From the NCBI GenBank assembly GCA_963771885.1, contig CAVYVF010000022.1:256001-320000 (forward strand): a stretch of 64,000 nt of DNA. The letters run 5' to 3'. The notes under the pieces were generated by a model. The model had not been told where the DNA came from, did no database searches, and saw only the letters and a list, made by a program, of their open reading frames with translations. Position 1 is the stretch's first letter; each line of letters starts with the position of its first letter. The translations under genes were made by a program, and so were the position numbers. The DNA is from Candidatus Bathyarchaeota archaeon (GTDB lineage Archaea > Thermoproteota > Bathyarchaeia > TCS64). Below are positions 1 to 9,386 of this stretch, in pieces.

Positions 1-994
1 GTGTATTGTAGCAGAACGTCGCCTCGCTGAGCGCCGTCATCTCACTCGCTTTAACGTCGGCTAGGACGTTCGCGTAACGCTCCTTCACCGACTCGGTCGC
101 GGCCTGTAGCTTAGCGGCTTTCTCCTCTTCGATGAGTTTGATAGCGCTCTGGTGCTCTGCTTCTAGGGCAGCGAGTTTTTCATCAAAGGCCTCGCCTGGC
201 GCCTGTATGCCCTTTATCCAAGCACTAACTTCATTCTGGTACTTTTCGAGCACTTTGCCTCGGTTATAGGGGTCAATGATCGTCTTGGCGTCCTCACTGA
301 GAACGACAACGAGATCATATACCTCAAAGACAAGGAAGTGGTCCAACACAGATTTCTTAGCCGACTCAGGTCCAGACACTATGATGAAGCTCTCGGAGGC
401 GTTTATCGTGTTCGCCTTGATCTTTACCTCCGGCTGCTTCGCTAGGTGCTGCTCCAGGCGCTTCAGGAACTCGGTGTTTATTATGCCGAATGCCAGGCTG
501 TTCTTTAGATCCTCGGTACCAAGGGCCTTGATGAGCTCGATCTTCGTGTCCCAACGGGACTTTTGCTCGACGAGGCTTCGCCTTTTCTCGTGGAAAAGTG
601 CGCTGCCCATGCTGATCTTCTCATCGTACTCCTTTGAGAGACGCTCGGACTCATTGGCTTGAGCCTCCCTGACATCCTTGAGTTTACCGATGACTCGGTC
701 GAGGTGCCGAATAGCTTGCTTGGTCCTGACTTCGGGGTTTCGAGTGTAATCACGGAGCACGTCTAGTAGCGGCGTTGTCATCTCGATCTCGAAGTTTATG
801 AGTTTCTTGAGCTCCTTGTAGCGGGGTGCGATCTCGTCGTATAGAGTCTTGTACTCTGGCCCCTTGACCTCCTTCTTGTACTCGTCGTAGTCGGGGCCTT
901 TGACCTCGGTCAACTGTGTCACGCCCGCTGCGCCGAGGGAGTCGAGGACAAGGCTCTCATACTCCGGGAAGGTGATGATTGTGACTTTTTTCAT
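1..994 (-). CDS. atpI: A/V-type ATP synthase subunit I (a), N-terminal soluble part; runs off the left edge
   Basis: Not in the ORF track. Manual translation from ATG 994 is open to the window edge: MKKVTIITFPEYESLVLDSLGAAGVTQLTEV... followed by long coiled-coil segments, resembling AtpI N-termini. SD GGTGAG at 1003-1008 and TTTTTAAT box at 1026-1033. The membrane domain is not visible. Confidence 0.65.
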   Translation of the reverse strand, partial: MKKVTIITFPEYESLVLDSLGAAGVTQLTEVKGPDYDEYKKEVKGPEYKTLYDEIAPRYKELKKLINFEIEMTTPLLDVLRDYTRNPEVRTKQAIRHLDRVIGKLKDVREAQANESERLSKEYDEKISMGSALFHEKRRSLVEQKSRWDTKIELIKALGTEDLKNSLAFGIINTEFLKRLEQHLAKQPEVKIKANTINASESFIIVSGPESAKKSVLDHFLVFEVYDLVVVLSEDAKTIIDPYNRGKVLEKYQNEVSAWIKGIQAPGEAFDEKLAALEAEHQSAIKLIEEEKAAKLQAATESVKERYANVLADVKASEMTALSEATFCYNT

Positions 995-1060
995 CAAGGC
1001 GACTCACCTTAATGCGGTTCTTCCCATTAAAAACCTTAGGGCGAATATATGTTCTGCGCC

Positions 1061-1327
1061 TTACCCAGTCGGCTTTGAATCGGGTTTGGGGCTCAGTTGC
1101 CCCATTCTCTTGAAGACGAGGTAGGTCGTCACGAGGAAGAATACCATTGAGAGGAGTATTAGCACCTCTATGAGAATGAGGTTCCTCGGTTGTATCATAT
1201 AGATAATGATCATGGCAGCAATCATACCCGTGAGCGGGAAAAACATCATGAGGATGAAGAGGGGGCGTATCCTCCTTATAGTTTCCTCGAGCGTCAGCTT
1301 CTTCTCAGGGTTTCTGCGCTCGGCCAT
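1061..1327 (-). CDS. small membrane protein with two TM helices, unknown function
   Basis: 88 aa, two hydrophobic stretches flanked by charged ends; TTTTTAA box about 30 nt upstream. Confidence 0.6.
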   Translation of the reverse strand: MAERRNPEKKLTLEETIRRIRPLFILMMFFPLTGMIAAMIIIYMIQPRNLILIEVLILLSMVFFLVTTYLVFKRMGQLSPKPDSKPTG

Positions 1328-1373
1328 GTTTATCGAAGCAGAAGAAAGTCCCGAGGCGTTAAAAAGGCTTAGC

Positions 1374-2333
1374 CTAGACCGAGATTGGGGTTGAGAGGGG
1401 CACGTCGAACGTCTGCGACACTGAGTCTAATGGCGCTGTTGCCTCTACGAGGCCGCGGAGCCTGTTCCTCAGCGTGACCTCCGTTGTCCCTGCCGCGTTT
1501 GCGACTTCTTTCTGGATGCGCCTATCGTCGTTCTTGAGGCATGCCATGTATAGTGCTGCAGCAGCTAGACCGCGTGGATCCTTGCCTGTTAGTCCTTGTC
1601 TTAGCTTCGCCGATCGTAGTATGTTGATTGCTTTGATCTCTGTGTCGTGTCTGAGTCGTAGCTTCGCGGCGATACTTGGGACGAACTTCGTCGGTTCATC
1701 CACAGGCATGCGTAACTTTAGCTCCTTGATTAGCAGCCTATAGGTCCTCGCCACCTCGTCGTGAGTCCTCGTGCTCGCCTCGGATACCTTCTTGATCGGG
1801 CGCGGCACCTGGGATGATCTGCACGCGGCGTAGACGGATGCCGCCACAAAGGCGTCGATGCTCCGACCGCGTATCAGATCAGCTTTCAAGGCCTTACGAT
1901 AGACAAGCGCTGCCTGCTCCCTCACCGGACTAGTGAGGTGTAGCAGAGCTGCGATCCTGTCGAGCTCCGCCATGGCCGCGCTTAGGTTTCTGCGTGTGGT
2001 CTCGTCGAACTTTGTCCTATTATCGTAGCGTCTTAGGCGGTCCATCTTGTGGCGCGCCTCACCTGACAGCCTCTTACCCGAGGCGTCCCGGTCTCCCCTG
2101 AACACGGTCGAGAGCCCCTTGTCGTACAGTGTTAAGGTTGCCCCTAACCCAGTGCGGCTTCGGCTACTCTTCTCGTCGACCGTGAATGCCCTCCACTCGG
2201 GACCCATGTCTATCGGCGTCTCCTCTAAGACTAGGCCACATTGGCTGCAGACGCGTTCACCATTTTCAGGGTCGCTGATGATGTTCGCGTTCCCGCACTT
2301 TGGGCACTTCCTCGTATCTTCTTGTATTTTCAT
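1374..2333 (-). CDS. tfb: transcription initiation factor IIB
   Basis: Zn ribbon CPKC..CSQC, GPEWRAF B-reader, two cyclin repeats (LIRGRS, GKDPRGLAAAALY, TEVTLRNR); SD GGGTGA. Confidence 0.97.
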   Translation of the reverse strand: MKIQEDTRKCPKCGNANIISDPENGERVCSQCGLVLEETPIDMGPEWRAFTVDEKSSRSRTGLGATLTLYDKGLSTVFRGDRDASGKRLSGEARHKMDRLRRYDNRTKFDETTRRNLSAAMAELDRIAALLHLTSPVREQAALVYRKALKADLIRGRSIDAFVAASVYAACRSSQVPRPIKKVSEASTRTHDEVARTYRLLIKELKLRMPVDEPTKFVPSIAAKLRLRHDTEIKAINILRSAKLRQGLTGKDPRGLAAAALYMACLKNDDRRIQKEVANAAGTTEVTLRNRLRGLVEATAPLDSVSQTFDVPLSTPISV

Positions 2334-2352
2334 ACTCTCTCACCCTTCTTCG

Positions 2353-2413
2353 TCTTCTCATGGTGTGTTAGCCCTGAGAAGAGTGTATTTTACATATACG
2401 TAAGTTATATATA
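2353..2413. promoter_or_regulatory. divergent tfb/padR control region: inverted repeat plus a possibly bidirectional TATA box
   Basis: TCTTCTCA (2353-2360), N14, TGAGAAGA (2375-2382); TTATATATA at 2405-2413 reads as a TATA box on both strands. Confidence 0.5.
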
Positions 2414-2444
2414 CCGGTGGCGCTTATAAGTCTTCTGGTATAAA

Positions 2445-2753
2445 TTGCCTAAACCACGGGGTACCTGCGGTGCCACAAAGATGAAGATCCTCGCTATAAT
2501 CTCCAGCAACTCGGAAAACGGGCAGGAATCCTACGGATACGACATCTGGAAGACAATGAAGAACCAGTTCCACATTTATCTTAGTGATAATGACATAGGT
2601 AATGTCTACCACCACCTCAACGACCTCTGCTCCCTAAACTACGTCTCGAGGGGAGACGAGGTCGACGGCAGATGCTTCTACGGGATTACGGATGTCGGAC
2701 TCTCTCTAAAGGCTAGATACAGACAATACATAGACATAATGAAGAAGGATTGA
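2445..2753 (+). CDS. PadR-like winged-helix regulator
   Basis: ILAII..SYGYDIWK..GNVYHHLNDL..FYGITDVG matches the PadR pattern (YGY; G.lY..L..L; Y.IT..G). Confidence 0.7.
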   Translation: MPKPRGTCGATKMKILAIISSNSENGQESYGYDIWKTMKNQFHIYLSDNDIGNVYHHLNDLCSLNYVSRGDEVDGRCFYGITDVGLSLKARYRQYIDIMKKD

Positions 2754-2758
2754 ACGGA

Positions 2759-3223
2759 CTACTCACTCTTCACTATACTGACGCGATCGCCTTTCCTGAG
2801 CGGAATATTCTCATCCGATGTTAGGCGTATCGTGACCTCTACCTCACGTTGACCCTTCTTGATGTCCTTCACGGTACCAGAGAAAAAGAGTTGGGGCAGC
2901 GACTCGGACGCACGCCTCATCTGCTCCCTTAGGTTCTCGAATTCTATGAGAAACGTTTTACCACGTGTTGTGAGTTCCGCACCGCCACCCCCTGATTTGC
3001 CGCCCTTATGAGCTAAGAGAAGGGGTTCACCGAGCTTCTCCTCTGCCTTCCGGATGAGCCCCCACGCGTATCGGTAGCTCATGCCGAGCTCGGTCGACGC
3101 CTCTTTGAGGGTGCCCACATCCATGACCTTCTTTAAGAGGCTATACACTCCAGGGCCGAAGACATAGCCGTCCTCTGTCTCCATCCAGACTTTAAAGGCG
3201 GGATGGGGCTTGCTGTGCTCCAT
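2759..3223 (-). CDS. ModE-family winged-helix regulator with a short C-terminal beta domain
   Basis: VFGPG..LL..GTLKEA..LGMSYRYAWGLI..GGKSGGGGAELT is the ModE N-terminal HTH signature; start placed at ATG 3223. Confidence 0.8.
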   Translation of the reverse strand: MEHSKPHPAFKVWMETEDGYVFGPGVYSLLKKVMDVGTLKEASTELGMSYRYAWGLIRKAEEKLGEPLLLAHKGGKSGGGGAELTTRGKTFLIEFENLREQMRRASESLPQLFFSGTVKDIKKGQREVEVTIRLTSDENIPLRKGDRVSIVKSE

Positions 3224-3264
3224 GTTGGAGAAATGGTGTACTACGTTGAAATGCTTTTTCAAGG

Positions 3265-5091
3265 CTAGGGCTTCTCGGACTCGGTCTTGAACTGCATCTC
3301 ATAGAGCCTCTTGTAGAGCCCACCTTTGGCCATAAGTTCATCGTGTTTCCCAGCCTCAGCGATGACCCCGTTCTCAATGACAACAATCTGATCAGCGTTT
3401 CGCACCGTGGAGAGACGGTGTGCTATGACTATAGCTGTCCTCCCTTTCAGTATCTTATCCATCGCCTTCTGGATTAGTAGCTCCGTATAGGCGTCGATAC
3501 TGCTTGTCGCCTCATCCATGATGAGTATTCGCGGGTTCGCAATTAGTGCCCTCGCCAGGGAGACAAGTTGTCTCTGGCCGACGCTGAGTCTCCCGCCGCG
3601 CTCCTTGACCTCCGTCTGGTATCCCTCTGGGAGCCTAGTTATGAACTCATGAGCCCCGACCGCCTTTGAGACGGCTATAACGTCCTCATCCGTTGCCCCG
3701 GGGCGGCTGTATCTTATGTTCTCCATAATCGTGCCGCTGAAGAGGAATGGATCCTGTAGCACGATGCCCATCTGCCTCCTGAGGGATTCTATGCTTATCC
3801 GCCTCAGGTCTCTACCGTCGATCAATATCCGACCCTCGGTCGGGTCATAGAAACGGTAGAGGAGATTGATCATTGTCGTTTTTCCGACGCCAGTCGGGCC
3901 GATGAAGGCGACGGTGGTGTTAGGCGCTATTCTGAGGTTTATGTCATGTAAGATCCGGTTGTCATTGTCATAGCCGAAGGTCATATGGTCATAGACTATC
4001 TCGCCTCTGATTGCTATAATGGGCTCCGAGTCGGATGAGTCCTCTATGCCAATGGGAGCGTCCACTATGTTGAATACTCTCTCCGCCGCCGCGAAGGCAG
4101 ACTGTATGCTCGTCCAGATGTTGCTCAGCTCCTGGATGGGCATGAAGAAGCGGGTGATATAGCTCATGAAGATAAAAAGTGTGCCAACCGTAACGGCGTG
4201 TTGTATGACAGCCATGCCACCGAACCAGAGCACCAACGCCTGCCCGACTGAAGTGAAGAACGTGACGGTCGGGAAGAAGGCCGACATGACGCGTCCCGCC
4301 TCCGTATTTGCGGCGCGGTTTGACTCGTTCACGTTTCGAAACTCGCGTCTAGTTTCGTCCTCTTTGCTGAAGCTCTGTATCTCCCGTATCCCGCTAACAG
4401 ACTCCTCCATCTGGGCGGAGACGCTGGCGATCGACTTTCGGGTCTCGCGGTAGACCGTTCGCACACGCTTGCCCCAAACGATCATCCAGACGAGCATGAC
4501 CGGGATTATGGCGAAGCTGACGAGGCTAAGCTGTGGGTTGATGGAGAACATGATGACGACGATGCCAGCGATGGTCAGTAGGTCAGCTGCAGCTGTGATT
4601 ATCCCCGAGCTTATGAGCTCAGAAAGTTTGTCGATGTCGTTCGTGGCGCGGCTGACTAGGCTGCCTGGCTCCTTATCTGCGAAGTAACCTAAAGAGAGCC
4701 TCTGGAGGTGGTCGAAGACGTCCTTCCTAAGGTCGTACTCCATCCTGCCGAATAGCCACTCGATGAGGTAGTTCTGCGTTGACTGGGCGGCGTAGGTCGA
4801 GACGGCGACGACGACGTATCCGGCGGCGACTAGCGCGAGCCCTGCGGCATCTAGGCCGGGTATGTATGTGTCTATCGCCATTCCATAGAGTAGTGTGGGT
4901 AGGAGGTTGAGTCCCGTTGTGGCTACGACAGTTATGAACATCAGGGCGGCTCGTCGCTTGTACTTGAGGACGTACCTGAACATTCGGATGGCTAGTACGG
5001 AGTCTGGTACCTGTCGAAAGGCGTTTTCTTCCTCGTCAACTACTATGCCGTGGAAGCCTCCGCCGCCACCTCCCCCACCGCGCATTCCCAT
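3265..5091 (-). CDS. ABC exporter fused TMD-NBD subunit, consensus catalytic side
   Basis: TM domain, GPTGVGKT, LSVGQRQ, ILIMDEAT, IAHR. Confidence 0.93.
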   Translation of the reverse strand: MGMRGGGGGGGGFHGIVVDEEENAFRQVPDSVLAIRMFRYVLKYKRRAALMFITVVATTGLNLLPTLLYGMAIDTYIPGLDAAGLALVAAGYVVVAVSTYAAQSTQNYLIEWLFGRMEYDLRKDVFDHLQRLSLGYFADKEPGSLVSRATNDIDKLSELISSGIITAAADLLTIAGIVVIMFSINPQLSLVSFAIIPVMLVWMIVWGKRVRTVYRETRKSIASVSAQMEESVSGIREIQSFSKEDETRREFRNVNESNRAANTEAGRVMSAFFPTVTFFTSVGQALVLWFGGMAVIQHAVTVGTLFIFMSYITRFFMPIQELSNIWTSIQSAFAAAERVFNIVDAPIGIEDSSDSEPIIAIRGEIVYDHMTFGYDNDNRILHDINLRIAPNTTVAFIGPTGVGKTTMINLLYRFYDPTEGRILIDGRDLRRISIESLRRQMGIVLQDPFLFSGTIMENIRYSRPGATDEDVIAVSKAVGAHEFITRLPEGYQTEVKERGGRLSVGQRQLVSLARALIANPRILIMDEATSSIDAYTELLIQKAMDKILKGRTAIVIAHRLSTVRNADQIVVIENGVIAEAGKHDELMAKGGLYKRLYEMQFKTESEKP

Positions 5092-5092
5092 G

Positions 5093-6964
5093 TTAATCGC
5101 CTCCTTTCCTATCGGAGCCTGAGACCTGCGTCTCGTATAGCTTCCGATAGATGCCGTCCCGCTCTATGAGTTGTTCGTGTGTGCCCTCTTCGGTCACAGT
5201 GCCGTCGTCGAGAACAACAATGTAGTCCGCCTTCTTGATGCTGCTCAGGCGCTGAGTGATGATGAAGGTGGTCCTGTCGGCGAGCAACTCGTCTAGGGCT
5301 TGTTGGATGTCGTGCTCGGTTTGAGTGTCGACGCTGCTCGTTGAGTCGTCGAGGATGAGTATTTTCGGATTTTTTAGGAGGGCACGCGCGATCGCGATGC
5401 GTTGTTTCTGACCTCCCGAGATGGTGACCCCGCGCTCCCCGACCGGGGTGTTGTAGCCCTTCGGCGTAGAGGCTATGTAGTCATGTATCTTCGCGCGCTT
5501 CGCCGCTGCTTCAATGTCCTCAAGCTTCGCATTCTCGACTCCATAAGCGATGTTCTCCCTGAAGGTTGTGCTGAAGATGAAGGGGTCCTGTCGGACTATC
5601 CCTATGTGTTCTCGGAGTGACTTGATTTTATAGTCACGGATATCACGTCCATCTATCTTGATTGAGCCCGCTGTTACGTCGTAGAATCGTGGAATGAGGT
5701 TGATTATGCTGCTCTTGCCACTACCAGTCGCCCCGAGAATCGCCACTGTCATCCCCGGCTTGACGTCGAGGTTCACGTCGTGCAGCACGAGGTTCTTCTC
5801 GTCGTATCTGAAGTCGACTTGGTTGAACTCGACGTGGCCGATTAGTTGGGATATATCGACGGCGTCTGGCTTGTCGTGCACCGCTATTTTTGCGTCTATC
5901 GTCTCGAAGACGCGCCCAGCCGCTGCGTCAGCCCTGAGGAGCAGGTTGGAGATGTTCCCGAGCATTCTAACGGGCTGGGCGATGCGTGTCAGGTAGAGGT
6001 AGAAAGCGATGACGCTGCCTATACTGAGGGCACCGGCTATCACTTGGTTGCCGCCGTACCAGAGTATGAGGACGAATCCTGCGCTTGTGATCAGTGTCGC
6101 GAGGGGTAGGAAGAAGGCGCGGTACTTCGCCGTCATTACGTGGAGATCGAAGTACTTTGTGAGCTCGCGTTCAATCTTGGCCTCTTCCTGCTTCTCCTGG
6201 GCGAAGCCGCGGACTACGCGCAGTCCCATGAGGTTCTCCTGGAAGATGCTCGTTATCTCGCCGTATTGTTGGCGCATCCTCTGTGTCACGGGGAAGGACT
6301 TGCGCCCGAAGGCGAGCATCGTGACGAAGAGGAAGGGGAGCACTATGAGCGTGATCATTGTGAGTGAGGCATCCGTGTTCCAGAGGTTCCAGAAGACGAG
6401 GGCGATCAGGAGTATCGTTGAAATGCTCATCCTGAGCCCAACGTCGAACCACCTATCTATCTGGTCTATGTCCCCCGTTGCGCGGGCCATGAGCTGCCCA
6501 GTCCTCTGCTTGTCGTAGAAGCTGAAGCTCTGTTCGAGGAGGCTGTTGTACATGTCGCTACGGAGCCCATATGTGCCGCGCTGGCTGATCCACGCGCCGC
6601 CATAGCGTACAGCGTAATTCAACAACGCTACGCCACCCGCCACAAATATGAGACTGAAAATGTAGGTTGCTAGGGTTGCATAGCTCGGGTCGTAGTCGAG
6701 GCGGGAGGCGACCCACTGCGAGGCAGGTAGCAGTAGTATGCCCATAAGTCCGCCGTCCCAGCCTGAGAGGCTCCCCCCTGTGGATATGCTGCTAATGAGG
6801 TCGATGATGTCGCCTATCATCATGGGCATCTGAACGTCTAGGAACGTGGATACGAGTATGAGGGCGACGACGGCCTTTAGCTGCCAAAAACCGGTGACGT
6901 AGCCCATCATGCGCCCGAAGTTGCCCCGCTGGTTGCCCCGCCGTTCTGCCGACATACGCAACAC
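5093..6964 (-). CDS. ABC exporter fused TMD-NBD subunit, degenerate side of a heterodimer
   Basis: GATGSGKS, ISGGQKQR, Walker B ILILDDST (E to D) and ITQR (H to Q), as in TM287/288-type heterodimers. Confidence 0.93.
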   Translation of the reverse strand: MLRMSAERRGNQRGNFGRMMGYVTGFWQLKAVVALILVSTFLDVQMPMMIGDIIDLISSISTGGSLSGWDGGLMGILLLPASQWVASRLDYDPSYATLATYIFSLIFVAGGVALLNYAVRYGGAWISQRGTYGLRSDMYNSLLEQSFSFYDKQRTGQLMARATGDIDQIDRWFDVGLRMSISTILLIALVFWNLWNTDASLTMITLIVLPFLFVTMLAFGRKSFPVTQRMRQQYGEITSIFQENLMGLRVVRGFAQEKQEEAKIERELTKYFDLHVMTAKYRAFFLPLATLITSAGFVLILWYGGNQVIAGALSIGSVIAFYLYLTRIAQPVRMLGNISNLLLRADAAAGRVFETIDAKIAVHDKPDAVDISQLIGHVEFNQVDFRYDEKNLVLHDVNLDVKPGMTVAILGATGSGKSSIINLIPRFYDVTAGSIKIDGRDIRDYKIKSLREHIGIVRQDPFIFSTTFRENIAYGVENAKLEDIEAAAKRAKIHDYIASTPKGYNTPVGERGVTISGGQKQRIAIARALLKNPKILILDDSTSSVDTQTEHDIQQALDELLADRTTFIITQRLSSIKKADYIVVLDDGTVTEEGTHEQLIERDGIYRKLYETQVSGSDRKGGD

Positions 6965-7555
6965 CTAGATATCCAGTAGCTGGGTGAGTTCCTGGATCGC
7001 TGCTGAGTGTTCGCGGTCCTTGGCGAGGGTGATATGGGTCAGCAGCTGTAGGAGGGGGCGCTGAACCTGTTTTTCGAGGGTCCCCGGGTCGGTCTGGCGT
7101 TCGACTACCTCCTCGAAAGCCCGGCGTTCAGCGTCGACGCATTTTCGTATCAGGGATAGGGCACGCGCCTTCTTCGCCTCCGGGACGTCTACGCTGAAGA
7201 TGCCGAGCCCGGGTATCATCTTCTTCAGAACCGCGTCCTGGTACTGAGCGTATTCGTCGTCCTTTTGGAGGCTCTCGCTGAGGGAGTAAGAGATTATGAA
7301 CCGGTGGGCTGTGGCGTGGTAGTAGGGTTGTATCATGTTTCGGACTTTCTCCTCGCGCGTCTGCGCCACGAGCCCCGCGCCGATGAGCTGGTTGAGGTGG
7401 TGCTGTATGCTTGAGAAATTCTTGTCGAGGGCCTTAGCGAGGTCGGCTGGTGACATCTCCTTGTGCCTTAGCATGTGTAGTATGCGTCGGCGGGTGTCGT
7501 CTGCGAGCAGCTTGGCGACCTCGGGGTCCTTGATGATCTTTATGTCGGCACTCAA
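6965..7555 (-). CDS. ArsR-family winged-helix regulator heading the ABC exporter operon
   Basis: LADDTRRRILHML..MSPADLAKAL..IQHHLNQL..GLV; abuts the ABC genes. Confidence 0.85.
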   Translation of the reverse strand: MSADIKIIKDPEVAKLLADDTRRRILHMLRHKEMSPADLAKALDKNFSSIQHHLNQLIGAGLVAQTREEKVRNMIQPYYHATAHRFIISYSLSESLQKDDEYAQYQDAVLKKMIPGLGIFSVDVPEAKKARALSLIRKCVDAERRAFEEVVERQTDPGTLEKQVQRPLLQLLTHITLAKDREHSAAIQELTQLLDI

Positions 7556-7662
7556 CGGAGTCAGCTACAGGACATTGTAGCGATATATAAAAATGTAACT
7601 TGGGCGGTGGGGTTAAAACGCCAATTGGGGCCTATTTCGTGTGTTCCCGTCTGGTGAAGCGT

Positions 7663-8238
7663 TTGGATAAGGCGAGGCTTTTCGCAGAGCTTGTCGAAGA
7701 CGTCGCTGATTGTCATGACTGTGGACTCTGCGAAGGCGCCAAGAACAGGGTGAACGGGGAGGGCGACCTAGACTCACGCGTCGTCTTCGTGGGTGAGGCG
7801 CCGGGGCGGAGAGAGGATGAGTCGGGTCGCCCCTTCGTCGGCTCGGCGGGCAAACTCCTCGACAAGCTCCTCGCTGGCGCTGGGCTTAGCAGGGATAGTG
7901 TCTTCATATCGAACGTCGTGAGATGCCGCCCCCCGGGTAATAGGAGGCCGAAGCGGTCCGAGGTCGAAGCCTGTTCGCGCCATATAGAGAGGCTGTTGGG
8001 GATTATTGCGCCTCGTGTCGTTGCACCGATGGGGAACAGCGCCGTTGGGTTCCTTTTCGAGAGGCATAGGCTCGGGGAGGCGGTGATAGGGGATGTTCAT
8101 GGAAAGCCGATAAAGGTCGAGATGCCCTGGGGGAGGGTTATTATCTTCCCGCTCTACCATCCGGCGGCTGCGATCTACAACAGGAAGCTGCTAGGGGAGC
8201 TAGAAGCGGACATGAAAGCGCTGGCGGCGCTACTTTAG
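7663..8238 (+). CDS. udg: uracil-DNA glycosylase family 4 (Fe-S)
   Basis: CxxC, VGEAPG, GRPFVG, NVVRCRPP, YHPAA; start refined to TTG 7663 after GGTGA. Confidence 0.93.
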   Translation: MDKARLFAELVEDVADCHDCGLCEGAKNRVNGEGDLDSRVVFVGEAPGRREDESGRPFVGSAGKLLDKLLAGAGLSRDSVFISNVVRCRPPGNRRPKRSEVEACSRHIERLLGIIAPRVVAPMGNSAVGFLFERHRLGEAVIGDVHGKPIKVEMPWGRVIIFPLYHPAAAIYNRKLLGELEADMKALAALL

Positions 8239-9180
8239 CGCATGCAGCCTCTTGACGATGTTGGGGTGGGTGCTGAAGAGCTCGAGGAAGCTGTCGATGC
8301 CTGTGACTCGGCGGCTGAGAATGTCGTCGACTAGACGCTGGTCTGGTTCGCCGCCTCTCGCGGTCTGGAGCTCGGCGACGTCTATGCCTGCCCTGTCGGG
8401 GTCGGCGATGAATAGGCTCTTGAAGCCACTCTCCGCGATCTTCTCCCCTCGGCGCTGCTGGGTCCAGGTGCCTGTGCTTATCTTTGCGAGACCCTCGCTG
8501 AGTTTTCGGGCGCCGTCAGGTATTACTGAGGCAGCGTGTTTGTCGGCGAAGTATTCGCGTTGGCGGCTTAGGCTGAGGTTTAGGAGGGTCAGGATGAAGT
8601 AGACGAGCATGCTGATGCCTCCTACCGCGGCGAGTGCTGCTCCGCCCTCGCTTTTACGGGCTTTTCCCCCGAACCAGTTGCTGTAGAGTAGGCTTCTGGC
8701 GGCTATGTAGAAGAGGCTTGGGAGTAGGCTTGCGACCATCATTATCTGGGTGTCTCTGTGTTTGAGGTGTCCTACCTCGTGGGCGATGACTGCTTCGACC
8801 TCGTCGGGTTGGAGGGTTGTGATTAGTCCCTCGGTGACTGCGACCATGTTGCCGGTTAGGGGTGAGCCGTAGGCGAAGGCGTTGGGGATGGTGAGCTTAC
8901 TGAGCATTAGGGTGGGGGTCTTTATGCCGCTGTTCTTTGAGATGGTTTCGAGGCTGCTCTGTAGCTGGGGGTTGTCTGCCTTCTTTACGCCATACATCGC
9001 GTTTACGATGTAGGGGGCTAGGAGCCATTGGGCGAGGTTGAAGATGGCGACTGTGGCGATGAGGGTTGTGAGGTTTAGTGCTTCTAGGTACCAGAGGATG
9101 CCGGTTAGGGCGAGTGTTGTGACGGCGATGATTGTGGCGACGGTCGCCGCCATTGTGAGTTGGAGCCTCGTGGTGTTCAC
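8230..9180 (-). CDS. htpX: HtpX (M48) zinc metalloprotease
   Basis: PNAFA, AHEVGH, SRQREYFAD, FSTHP and TM segments. Confidence 0.93.
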   Translation of the reverse strand: MNTTRLQLTMAATVATIIAVTTLALTGILWYLEALNLTTLIATVAIFNLAQWLLAPYIVNAMYGVKKADNPQLQSSLETISKNSGIKTPTLMLSKLTIPNAFAYGSPLTGNMVAVTEGLITTLQPDEVEAVIAHEVGHLKHRDTQIMMVASLLPSLFYIAARSLLYSNWFGGKARKSEGGAALAAVGGISMLVYFILTLLNLSLSRQREYFADKHAASVIPDGARKLSEGLAKISTGTWTQQRRGEKIAESGFKSLFIADPDRAGIDVAELQTARGGEPDQRLVDDILSRRVTGIDSFLELFSTHPNIVKRLHALK

Positions 9181-9226
9181 GGGGTGGTTGGTGTGTGGCG
9201 GCGGGATTTAAGGGATAGTCTCGCGT

Positions 9227-9312
9227 GGGGGAGCGGGGCTGGGGGGTGGGGGTTGATGGATTGGCGTTAATTTTCGGGGGTTTCGGGGGCTAGGGGCGGT
9301 ATTTAGCGGGGG
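9227..9312 (+). repeat. two tandem G-quadruplex-type motifs in a G/T-rich divergent intergenic region
   Basis: G5-AGC-G4-CT-G6-T-G5 (9227-9252) and G5-TTTC-G5-CTA-G4-N11-G5 (9276-9312). Confidence 0.6.
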
Positions 9313-9386
9313 TTTGTGTTACGTGTTTCTTCGCGGGGGATTTAGTGCGCACGTATTTTATCGCGGCCGTGAATAAGTAATCCAGG

